NCBI GenBank assembly: GCA_019058445.1
Contig: JAHPZA010000006.1
Span: 832,001-896,000 of the forward strand
Length of the DNA: 64,000 nt
Source: Promethearchaeota archaeon
GTDB lineage: Archaea > Asgardarchaeota > Lokiarchaeia > Sigyniarchaeales > SOKP01
Direction: 5' to 3'
Shown: piece by piece, positions 11,011 to 21,000 of the stretch
Layout: every line of letters begins with the position of its first letter
How positions within the stretch are numbered: position 1 is the stretch's first letter
Notes under the pieces: model-generated
The model's database searches: none
The model's input: the letters and a program-made list of their open reading frames with translations, nothing else
Told to the model about the DNA's origin: nothing
Translations under genes and position numbers: made by a program

Positions 11011-12390
11011 TTATTTTAATAATTTTTTTTCTTTTGCATCTAATTCTAGCCAATCACTAATAGTTTTGAGTTGCTTCCGTGAAGAATTGCATAAAATCCT
11101 TAAAAAGGGTAGGAACTCTTGTACTGCCTCTATTGATGATATTTCATATTTCGCATTTAACTTATCAATCATGCTTCTCTCGGCGCTTGTCAATGAATAT
11201 GATCCTGACGTGATATATCTTGGAAAAACAACTCGACGAAATCCTTTTGTTGGCGGACTTCTCTTACGAGATAAGGCAACTCCTCCAGCAAAAAGATCGT
11301 AAAAATAAGGTAATAAGGCCCAGTACTGATTTTTTCTGATCCTTCCGAAAATCTCGTCTGCTAATGATAGATTTTCATAAGCATTTGCGAGATCTTCATT
11401 AACATTCAAAAATGTGGGAAGATTTTCATTGACCCACTTGTACAAGAAATTATAATCTACGTCAGATTTATCAGTTAAATTACGCGCTTCCTCCAAAGTA
11501 TTAACTTTTTGGAATAAATCTCGAATTAGTGCAAAAATTTCTTCAGTACTATCTCTATGCAGATTTAAAATTAACTCCTTAATATCCATACTCACTGATC
11601 CTTGACTTATAGCTTGAAGATCATTGATTACCCCTCTTAAATCACCCATATTCTTCTTAATGATTAATTGTAAATCTTCTGGAGTAAGACTAGAAATATG
11701 TTCTCGTTTGAGAATATTCTGAGCAATCTTAAAAACCTCTTCATCTGGTAAAGGATGCACTTCGAATCTTCGTATATTCTTGTAAAGATTTTGAAGGCTT
11801 TGTTTGTATTCATTAGAACACATAATTATAGGGAACTGAGTGCTTCCAATGAGATCCACTATTGTGGGGACAGCTCCTCGATCTTTTGTTCCATAAATAC
11901 CATCTACCTCATCAATTAAGATTAATTTTTGTTTTGATTCGGTTATAAAATCCATAATTCCTCGAGATTTGACAGTCTCTTTTAATTTTTTTTCAAGAGT
12001 ATCTCGAGTCCGTGTATCAGAAGCATTTGTTTCAATAACATCCATATTTAAGTCATGAGCCAAAGCATATACAATGGAAGTTTTTCCTATACCCGGAGGG
12101 CCTTCTAATAAGACCGCTGTTTTTTCAGGAGGAAGCTTTATTTCTTCTTTTTGTTCTTTTTCTACGGCTGTTCTATTATAAGCTCTTATTTTTTTATTTT
12201 TCTCATTTATGCTCTTGATTTCTTTGAAAAAAGTTCGTATAAAATTCGTTAATTCTTCTGCCAAATCAACTCGGTGACCTTCTACTTTCGCAGAGGGTAA
12301 TGCCATTTCGTTCATGCTTTTTGGGCGGTATTTTTCAACCCAAGGCATCTCAACTGCTACTTTTGTAGGTTTTTTCGCTATTTCTCCCAC
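11011..12390 (-). CDS. rfcL: Replication factor C large subunit
   Basis: PWVEKYRPK, GPPGIGKT, ETNASD, LIDEVDG, GDLR. Confidence 0.93.
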   Translation of the reverse strand: MGEIAKKPTKVAVEMPWVEKYRPKSMNEMALPSAKVEGHRVDLAEELTNFIRTFFKEIKSINEKNKKIRAYNRTAVEKEQKEEIKLPPEKTAVLLEGPPGIGKTSIVYALAHDLNMDVIETNASDTRTRDTLEKKLKETVKSRGIMDFITESKQKLILIDEVDGIYGTKDRGAVPTIVDLIGSTQFPIIMCSNEYKQSLQNLYKNIRRFEVHPLPDEEVFKIAQNILKREHISSLTPEDLQLIIKKNMGDLRGVINDLQAISQGSVSMDIKELILNLHRDSTEEIFALIRDLFQKVNTLEEARNLTDKSDVDYNFLYKWVNENLPTFLNVNEDLANAYENLSLADEIFGRIRKNQYWALLPYFYDLFAGGVALSRKRSPPTKGFRRVVFPRYITSGSYSLTSAERSMIDKLNAKYEISSIEAVQEFLPFLRILCNSSRKQLKTISDWLELDAKEKKLLK

Positions 12391-12399
12391 CTGTTTTTA

Positions 12400-13446
12400 T
12401 TATAAATTTTCTGAAAAGAGGCATAGTTTAGATAAGAGCGCAGATATTTGAATATCATTGTCTATCCCATCAAGAGCTCTAAAATCGGCATCTGCGACAA
12501 AATTAAGTAATTTAACTCGAGCATATTTACTCAATGGTAATTTATTCAATTCCTCAAGTAATAACTTAAATAGCTCATGAGCATTATATTTATAATTAGA
12601 TATAATTTTTCTTGCTAATTCTCTTGCTTTTGGAAAATTACCATTTAATGTGAGTAGTAAAAGGCTCCTTATTATATCAATTTGAAATTTCTGAGCATTT
12701 TCGTATAGTTTTTCCAAACTTATACTGTTCCCACTTACGCTGCATAATTGCAATAAATCAATTGCTCGAGATATTTTTCCCTCAGAGAGTTTATAAAGAA
12801 CCTCTATGACAGGAACATCAATTTGTAAAGATTCTTGCTGTGAAATGCTTATTATCAACTCTTTAAATGATTGAAAATCCACTTGAGAGATTAAAAAAAT
12901 TTGGCATCGACTTACGATAGGATCTATTATACCTGAAATTTTAGTTGTAATTAAGATCATGCGACAATTTGTCCCATATATTTCCATTAGTCGTCTAAAT
13001 CCTTGTTGATTAGAACCTAATGCCTCAAAATTTTTAACGATCAAGATTTTAAATGGGACATCTCCTAAAACCTTAAGTTGTACAAATGGTTTGACTTTAA
13101 CTTTAAGAAAAGCAGGAGTAGTGATCCTCTTACCAGCTATACTTCCAATTTTACTTGTTGAGACATATGATCCCAATTTAGCCAAATTTCTTTCTTCTTC
13201 TGTTAAGGGTACATCAGCGTAAATTAATTTATAATTCGCAGTAAAATATCTTCCCAAAAACTCTTTAGAAAATAAGCTAGCAATAGTAGCTTTTCCGACA
13301 CCTTCGGATCCGACCATTAATAAGTGAGGAAAGTTTCTTTTTTTAATTATATTTTTTAAATTTTTGATAACTTCCTGTCTTCCACATATCTCATCTAAGC
13401 TTTTGGGTAAATATTTTATACGCCATATGGGAATCATTTCACTCAA
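12400..13446 (-). CDS. Replication factor C small-subunit paralogue with degenerate ATPase motifs
   Basis: IWRIKYLPK (box II), GSEGVGKAT, Walker B replaced by IVKNFE, intact SRC arginine finger; lies between rfcS and rfcL. Confidence 0.85.
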   Translation of the reverse strand: MSEMIPIWRIKYLPKSLDEICGRQEVIKNLKNIIKKRNFPHLLMVGSEGVGKATIASLFSKEFLGRYFTANYKLIYADVPLTEEERNLAKLGSYVSTSKIGSIAGKRITTPAFLKVKVKPFVQLKVLGDVPFKILIVKNFEALGSNQQGFRRLMEIYGTNCRMILITTKISGIIDPIVSRCQIFLISQVDFQSFKELIISISQQESLQIDVPVIEVLYKLSEGKISRAIDLLQLCSVSGNSISLEKLYENAQKFQIDIIRSLLLLTLNGNFPKARELARKIISNYKYNAHELFKLLLEELNKLPLSKYARVKLLNFVADADFRALDGIDNDIQISALLSKLCLFSENL

Positions 13447-13482
13447 GCTTTTACTATCACTTGTTATATTTTATCGTTTTTT

Positions 13483-14463
13483 CTATTTACTCATTTTGTT
13501 AATTATTTCTGCCATTAAAGCCAATATTTGAATATGCTCATCTGCTCCTTGACTGATTCTATAATCTATCTTTCCTAAAAAATTATACAAATAAATGATT
13601 TCTTTTTGTTCAATTTTCAGCTTCGGTAAAAGACCTATAATTTGTCTAATGAAATTTCTACTATCAAAATTTTCAACTTCTATTAAGATTTCTTTTGTGC
13701 GAATAAAATCCATTGCCAAAATAGCTTCAAATAAATCATTTAATGTTGGTTTATCTACAAAACCAGAAATCTTTAGGATTTCATTAATATCTAAGTTTTC
13801 TAATAATTCCAGTGCCACTGCACTTTGGAGAGTATTTATCGCTTTTCTTAAATCTCCACCAGAGATAAAAAAGAGCGTTTCAAAAAAATCTTCAGAGCTC
13901 TTACCTGGAATCTTCAATTTTTCTTGTTTTGTAATATATTTTAACCTTTCTATTATCATTTCTTTGGAAAGACTTACAAACCTAAAAACAGCACACCTAG
14001 ATATTATTGGATCGATAATACGATTAATGTAATTACACATCAAGATAAATTTTACTTGATTTGATGTTTTCTCAATGATTCTTCTTAAAGCTTGTTGTAC
14101 TTGGTTTGGGATATTATCAGCTTCATCTAAAATCACGATTTTCAAGGATTTTTCTCCAATAATCATATTCTGATTCACGAAATCCTTAATAACTCCCCGA
14201 ACATAACCCATTCTTACCGTATCCGACGCATTTAATTCTAAAAGATCTCTATAATAATGATCTCCCTTTAATAATGATTTTGCAATTATTAATGCGGTGC
14301 TTGTCTTTCCGGTCCCCGCTGGACCGGTAAAGATCATATGTGGCATATTACCGCTCATTACGAAGTCTTTTAGATTATTAATTACGATATTTTGACTTAC
14401 AATATCATCAAAATCTTTAGGTCGATATTTTTCAACCCAAGGTACGTCTAAATTGAGAGTCAT
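13483..14463 (-). CDS. rfcS: Replication factor C small subunit
   Basis: PWVEKYRP, GPAGTGKT, ELNASD, ILDEAD, SRC, GDLRKAIN. Confidence 0.95.
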   Translation of the reverse strand: MTLNLDVPWVEKYRPKDFDDIVSQNIVINNLKDFVMSGNMPHMIFTGPAGTGKTSTALIIAKSLLKGDHYYRDLLELNASDTVRMGYVRGVIKDFVNQNMIIGEKSLKIVILDEADNIPNQVQQALRRIIEKTSNQVKFILMCNYINRIIDPIISRCAVFRFVSLSKEMIIERLKYITKQEKLKIPGKSSEDFFETLFFISGGDLRKAINTLQSAVALELLENLDINEILKISGFVDKPTLNDLFEAILAMDFIRTKEILIEVENFDSRNFIRQIIGLLPKLKIEQKEIIYLYNFLGKIDYRISQGADEHIQILALMAEIINKMSK

Positions 14464-14483
14464 ATTATTAATTCCTATTAAAT

Positions 14484-14954
14484 CTAATCATCATTAGGAT
14501 CATCTTTAGTAAGATCAAGTTCTAAAACTTCGTACACCTTCTTAAAGTGCATCTTTTCATATAATTTAGAGGCTTCTACAGCTTTATCTTTAATATTGAC
14601 TTTAATTTTTTCAACTTTAATTCTTTTTAGATGTTCAAGTGCTTTCTTTAAGAGAAGCTCTCCTACTCCTTGACCCCGATATTCGCTTTTTAAGTATAAT
14701 TGTTTAATATATCCTTCTGACATTCCAAAGGGATCAATTCTCAGTTCTGCAATAATCATACCGGCAACGTCATTATTATCTTCATTTACTGCTATTAAAA
14801 TCCCATGTCTTTGTAATGGATCATATAATCTTCTTTGAATTCCCCAATCGAAACGTTTTGGATCAAATTTTTGTCCTAGTCCCTCAACTAACTGTTTAGT
14901 AAATTCTCTTAAAGCATCAATCTCATCTGGAGAAGCAATTTCTACTTTAATCAA
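14484..14954 (-). CDS. GNAT family N-acetyltransferase
   Basis: EYRGQGVGELL acetyl-CoA motif, A..LYEKMHF. Confidence 0.88.
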   Translation of the reverse strand: MIKVEIASPDEIDALREFTKQLVEGLGQKFDPKRFDWGIQRRLYDPLQRHGILIAVNEDNNDVAGMIIAELRIDPFGMSEGYIKQLYLKSEYRGQGVGELLLKKALEHLKRIKVEKIKVNIKDKAVEASKLYEKMHFKKVYEVLELDLTKDDPNDD

Positions 14955-15147
14955 TTTTAAATCAGCTTCAAATTCTTAAATAGTTTCAAATTTTATAAGA
15001 TAAATAAGTGATTTATATATTTTATTTATTTTAATTAATTAAAATTTTTTATTTATTTCAAAATAAATCATGTCTAACTTAATATTTTGACAAATTCTTG
15101 TTTAGAAAATAATTTATTAATTCTAAGAACGTAACTTTATATCAAAC

Positions 15148-16653
15148 ATGGATAAAATTAAAGAATCTAAATATTTAGCTATTGATCTAGGTGCTTCTTC
15201 AGGCAGAGTGATAGTCGGAACAATAGAAGAAAATAAATTAAAATTAGAAGAAATTTATCGTTTTCCAAATAGTAGTATTCAAATTGGTGAATCTCTTTAT
15301 TGGGATCTTTTGTCATTATTTAAAGAAATGAAAAATGCATTATTGAAATATGTAAAAAAATATGGAACGTCATTGGAATCAATAGGGGTTGATACATGGG
15401 GGGTAGACTTTGTACTTTTAGATGAAAACAATGAACTTATTGGGCCTATGCATCATTATAGAGACAAAAGAACTGTTGGAATGATAGAAGAAATGTGCAA
15501 GGTTGTTCCTAAGCAGGAAATTTTTAATCAAACAGGTATCCAATTTATGGAACTTAATAGCTCTACTCAAATTTACTCAATGGTTAAGAATAAATCGCCC
15601 CGCCTGAAAATTACTAAGATTTTTATGATGCTCCCCGACTATTTTAACTATCTGTTATCAGGTGTTATAGTTTCAGAATTCTCAGATGCTACAACAACTC
15701 AACTCTATAATCCTGTCAAGAAAGAATGGGCATATGATATAATTAAAAAATTGGGACTAAAACCAGAATGGTTTCAGAAAATCGTGCCTGGAGGTACGAT
15801 ATTAGGCTCCATACAAGATTATATTGCAGAAGAAGTAGGTTTAAATAAAAGGACGAAAATAATTGCCCCCCTCACACATGATACAGGATCAGCATATGCA
15901 GCAGTGCCGGTTGATATGAATGAATATGAAGAAGGTGAATTTGGTATTTTAAGTTCAGGTACTTGGAGTTTAATAGGGGTTGAGTTAAAAAATCCTATAA
16001 TTTCAGATAAAGCTTTAAGATATAATTATACGAATGAAGGCGGGATTAATGGAACGATTCGATTCTTAAAAAACATTACAGGAATGTGGTTAATTCAAGA
16101 ATGTAAGAAATTATGGGAAAAAGATAATCTTAGATTAACCTGGGATGATATTGAGCGTGAGGCTCAAAAAGAGGAGAGCTTCCAATTCTTCATTAATCCT
16201 GACGATCATACTTTTATGAATCCAAGTAACATGATAAATGCTATCAAAAATTACTGTAAAACTACAAATCAAAAAATACCTGAAACTATCGGACAACTTT
16301 CAAGACCAATTTTTGAATGTCTTGCATTCAGATATAGGGAAGCAATAGAAAATCTTGAAGATACTACTGGATACAAAATAAGAGTTCTTCATATTATAGG
16401 GGGAGGGAGTCAAAATGCGCTGTTAAATCAATTTACCGCTAATGTATTAAATATTCCGGTAAAAGCTGGACCAATAGAGGCTACAGCTATAGGTAATCTC
16501 CTCGTTCAAGCACTTTCCTTAGGAAAAATAAAAACTATTATTGAGTTAAGACAAATTGTAAGAAATTCATTTCCGATTATAGAGTTCACTCCTAAAGATG
16601 TAAATAGATGGAATGATGGATATAAAAAATACTTAAAAACCATCAAATCATAG
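15148..16653 (+). CDS. rhaB: Rhamnulokinase-like FGGY sugar kinase
   Basis: AIDLGASSGR, GVDTWGVDF, HDTGSA, SSGTWSL, TNEGG, GGGSQN, EATAIGN. Confidence 0.88.
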   Translation: MDKIKESKYLAIDLGASSGRVIVGTIEENKLKLEEIYRFPNSSIQIGESLYWDLLSLFKEMKNALLKYVKKYGTSLESIGVDTWGVDFVLLDENNELIGPMHHYRDKRTVGMIEEMCKVVPKQEIFNQTGIQFMELNSSTQIYSMVKNKSPRLKITKIFMMLPDYFNYLLSGVIVSEFSDATTTQLYNPVKKEWAYDIIKKLGLKPEWFQKIVPGGTILGSIQDYIAEEVGLNKRTKIIAPLTHDTGSAYAAVPVDMNEYEEGEFGILSSGTWSLIGVELKNPIISDKALRYNYTNEGGINGTIRFLKNITGMWLIQECKKLWEKDNLRLTWDDIEREAQKEESFQFFINPDDHTFMNPSNMINAIKNYCKTTNQKIPETIGQLSRPIFECLAFRYREAIENLEDTTGYKIRVLHIIGGGSQNALLNQFTANVLNIPVKAGPIEATAIGNLLVQALSLGKIKTIIELRQIVRNSFPIIEFTPKDVNRWNDGYKKYLKTIKS

Positions 16654-16762
16654 ATTTTTTTTTTAGAAATGTTGTTTTCAAACTGTTCTTAAGTATTATG
16701 ACTAACAACGCAAAAATAAATAATGAGATAAATTTATTGAAAAAAAGGTTTTATATTATCAA

Positions 16763-17032
16763 TTAACGTGCAGAAACTCCGTCCCAAGCCTTTACTTCGG
16801 GATCAACATGACCACAAGCGGGACATTGCTGATTTACTTCCCAAGCTTCTAGTGCTGGATGAACGCGAGTATAAAGCCCGCCACACTTCTCACAAACTAA
16901 AAATTTAGCTCCACACCCATCACACATTTCTAGTGTGCCATTTTCAACAAATCTAAAGGTCCTTTTCATCCACTCATCATTAACGATTCTAAAACTTTTT
17001 CCACCGCATTGCGTACATTCCTTTTCGACCAA
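16763..17032 (-). CDS. Small zinc-finger protein (four CxxC)
   Basis: CTQC, CDGC, CEKC, CPAC in 89 aa. Confidence 0.75.
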   Translation of the reverse strand: MVEKECTQCGGKSFRIVNDEWMKRTFRFVENGTLEMCDGCGAKFLVCEKCGGLYTRVHPALEAWEVNQQCPACGHVDPEVKAWDGVSAR

Positions 17033-17190
17033 AATTATTTACCTTCTTTTTGCTGTTATAATTTATTTTTAATTAATTAGGGATTTGTATATGTAATAAA
17101 TTTTATTTTTAAAAATTTTTAGTTTTCAAATTATTTATGTATTGCTAACTAAAATTAACCTTTATAGAGGAATGATTAAAGTCAATCTTT

Positions 17191-17514
17191 TTACATTGTC
17201 AATTTTTTAGTTGAACCTGTTCCTTTTACTTCGGGATTTACTCGTTCGAGTTCTCCAATCAATTGATACACTTTATCGTCATTTAGAGCTTCGCCGAATT
17301 TTATCAACATTTCCTTACTTCCAACAAATAATCCCTTTCTTTTCATTGGTTTGCCGTCATCAGTTAAGGGATTTACTTCTAAATGTAATAATGCTGGTCT
17401 TGTTTTTGTCGCAGGAACTTTTACAACAAATACCCCTTCAACTGGAGTTTCCATTTTTTCCCAATCCTTCCCACTCTTTAGGTGTTCTTTTAATTGAGCT
17501 TGTATATCTGCCAC
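17191..17514 (-). CDS. Conserved hypothetical protein, possibly PC4-like ssDNA-binding fold
   Basis: Clean ORF with GGTGAG SD-like motif; GKPMKRKGL resembles PC4 P.KKGI (weak). Confidence 0.55.
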   Translation of the reverse strand: MADIQAQLKEHLKSGKDWEKMETPVEGVFVVKVPATKTRPALLHLEVNPLTDDGKPMKRKGLFVGSKEMLIKFGEALNDDKVYQLIGELERVNPEVKGTGSTKKLTM

Positions 17515-17706
17515 TTATTTCTCACCATAATTTTAATTATTATATTGTTTTATTTTTTACTGTAATTGTATTATATGTTACATATAAGATCTTATATATA
17601 TATTTTTTTAAAAATTATTTTTGTCGGAATTACTGGGGTCTTTTTCCACTGAAATCTTAAATATCACCTCCATATATATATTATTATCGAAATTTTTAAA
17701 GATCTG

Positions 17707-17940
17707 GTGAGTAAAGTTATGAAATTAATATCTGTTAATTTGCCTGAAGCCTATATTAAAGTTTTAGAATTATTGGTATCCGAAGGAAAGTTTCCAAATC
17801 GATCTGAAGCAATTCGCGTAGCGATAAGAGATTTAATTAAAACAGAATATTTAATTGAAGAATCAGTTAAAAGAAATATCAGTCCTGCTTCAATAGAACA
17901 ACAGATAGAGCATGAAATTCAAGATAAAATATTAGTCTAA
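17707..17940 (+). CDS. CopG/ribbon-helix-helix transcriptional regulator
   Basis: MKLISVNLPE...LV..GKFPNRSEAIRVAIRDLI. Confidence 0.9.
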   Translation: MSKVMKLISVNLPEAYIKVLELLVSEGKFPNRSEAIRVAIRDLIKTEYLIEESVKRNISPASIEQQIEHEIQDKILV

Positions 17941-18076
17941 ATTTATTTTTTTTTTCCTATTTTTTAAGTTTCTTAAAATTTCTGTTCCATGCAAAATTTT
18001 AAATAAAATAAATTAAAAATTAGTAATCCTAAATTTGGTGGCCTTTTAATAATTTTTTAATTAAATCATAAGTTTA

Positions 18077-21000
18077 TCACTTTTTTTCCATGAGTTCGCG
18101 AATTCTTCTCTTTCTTGCCTCCTTTCGAGCTGCAATCCTCTCTTTAAATTCCTCCTCTTCTTCTTTTAATGTTTTCTCCTTTTCTTCTAATTCTTCTTTT
18201 TTACGTTTAAATGATTCTTCTCGTGCGACTTGTTTATTTTCTAAGGTGCTAATATATCTAGTAATTGACATAATTTCACGAGACCATTCAGGACCAAGTT
18301 TCACAAAAATTTCTTTTGCCGTTGTGGCAAGATCTATTGCTTTCTTAAAATTATTGCGTCGCTCCTCTTTTTTACATTTATCCATGTATTCATATGCAAG
18401 TTCTGATGACAACTCTAAGGGTTTTCCTTCTTCTATTTCAATCCCCTCAATATCAGAGACATCTTTTAATTGTCTTTTCTTTTCAATTCCTTCTCTTAAT
18501 TCCTCAATTTTCGTCTCAATTTGTTCAATATATTGAATGCCAATTTTAGTTTCTTTCAGATTAAAAACTGATTCATTTAATTCTGATATTGCTTTCATAA
18601 TTCGATTCTTAAGTAATGAGACATGTGCTTTGTCTAATGCTATATAGGCAGATTTAAATTTCTCTATATTCTCATTTTCATCAGGTTCTTCTAATACGAT
18701 AAGTGGAACATGGCTTTTATTTTTTAACACATGAATTTGATTGTTAACATCAACAATTTCTTTATCCCAGCCAACTCTTTCCATCATTTTAATGATATCT
18801 TTCAATTTTAAAACTCCTTTATTGTATTTACCATTCTGTATTTCAATATTGGCTCTTTCTAAGTTTTCTTCTATTCTGTCTTTAAGTTTATCAGAGACTC
18901 GTAATTTTTTCAATTTCTCACGCTTTTCTTTTATTTTCGCAGTTTCTAGTTCTTTTCTTTGTTGCTCTGCTTCTAGCAGCATATTTTCAAGATCTTGTTT
19001 CTCCTGCATTTTTTTCTGCTTATATTCTTCAAGTCTTTTTTGTTTTGTCTCCTCCATTTGTAAAGTTAACAATAATTCGTTGTTAATTCGATTTACTTCG
19101 TGAATCCAATCTAATTCTTTAAAAATTTCTTGTGCTTCTATATAAGCATCATAAGCTTCCCTAAATTTCTTTTTCTCTAAAAGTTGGGTACCGTCCTCAA
19201 GGAGGGCATAAGCCCTTTCGGAAGCTTGACTTTCTTTTTCTTTTTGTTTTTGAATCTTTAGCATTTCTTCTCTTTGAAGTTCTTGCTGTAGTCTTTCCAA
19301 CTCCTTAGTTTTAGTTATTTCTTCTTCTAGCTCCATCTCTAAACGTCTCTTTTCTGCTTCCTCTTCTTCAATTGCCTTTTCTCTAAGTTCAAACTCCTTC
19401 TTTTTCCTCTTTATTACAGCTATCGATTCCTGAACCATTTTAAGTCCTTCTGCCCAATTAATCTCAGATATTATGTTCTGACTCTGTTCGTATAATTCAA
19501 TTGCAGAATCAAAATAATCTTGGTCTAATTGTCTTCTTGCTTGATCCATAAGACTAAATGCCTTAAATTTTTTGGACTCTAACTCTTTTTCTTGTTCTCT
19601 TTTTGCAAAAAGTGCCTCTTCTTTTAATTTTAATTGCTTCATCTCCTTTTCTCTTTGCTTCTTAAGGATACGTTGTTGTTCCTCCAACTCGCGTTTTTGT
19701 TTTTCGATTTTTTTGGTTTCTAAAGCTCTTAATTTCTTATCTGCTTCCATTTTTTCTTTATAATAATTTATCGTGTTTATAAGGTCTATTGCTTGATCCT
19801 CCCATCCAATTTCTTCAAAGATGGTTCGAGCATTGCGATACATTTTTATAATCTCTTCGAAAGGAGGTTCTGGGAATATGCCGTCTTTAAGATCTAACTC
19901 ATATCTTTTTGCCATACTTTCAGCATTATCGATTATTTGAAACGCTTCATTTGATAACTCTTCTTGTTGTCTTTTTTGTTCTTCTAATGCCAAAGCCTTC
20001 TTTTCCCTTTCTCTCTGAGCTCTCTCTGCTTTTGATTTTACAGCTAAAGGTCTAACTATTTCTCTTTCAGCTTTACTTTTTTCAAATGCTCGTAATTTTT
20101 CATCTTTTTCTTGCTTATCTTTGTAATAATTTATAGTGTTAATGAGTCCATTTGCTTCATTATCCCATTGATTGTCTTGAAATATTTGTCTTGCTTGTCT
20201 ATATAATTTTATCGCTTCCTCGTAAGGACTTTCAAATTGTAAGATGTTCTTTTCTACTTTTAGCCTTAATTCATATTCTTTCACTAATTTTTCTGCTCTA
20301 TCAATAAGAGAAAAACCATCATCAAAAAACTTCTCTTTCTCTCTTTTTTTAGCCTCTAATATCTTTATTTTACTTTCATCAATTGCTTTAGAATCTTGGG
20401 TTTTTAGATATTCCATGAGTTCTCTGCTTTTAGTTTCCTTTTGCGCCTCAAATTCTCGTAATTTATTATCTTTTTCTAACTTCTCCTCATATAATTGGAT
20501 TTGGCTATTAAATACGAAAGCCTGGTCTATCCATCCTTTTTCCTTAAGATTCTGATATACATCTTTATAGATATTAATAATTTCGGGATAGGGACATTTT
20601 TCTTCAAATTTCCCTTGTCGTATAGCAAATTCATATTTTCTTGCTGTCTCCTCTGCTCGGTCAACTTTCGAACTTATCTCTCTCTGAAAATTTTCTTCTT
20701 CTGCTAAAGTTTCGTATTTCTCTTCCACAGCTTTTATTCTTTTCGCTTCACCCTCTAATTCTTGCTCAGCTTTTATTAAAAATTGTTCCTCAAAATCTTT
20801 TTGTTTCTGTAGTTTTAACCTTTCAATTTCTCGCAATTTTTTATCTTGCTCGTATTTATCTTGATATAACTGAATTTGTCGCCGATAAATAGCAGCTTCA
20901 TCACTCCATCCCTTTTCTAAGAGTTTTTTCTTTACTTGTTCATAGAGTTCTATTATCACGGAATAAGGACAAGATTCCTCAAATTTCCCCCTTCGAAGTG

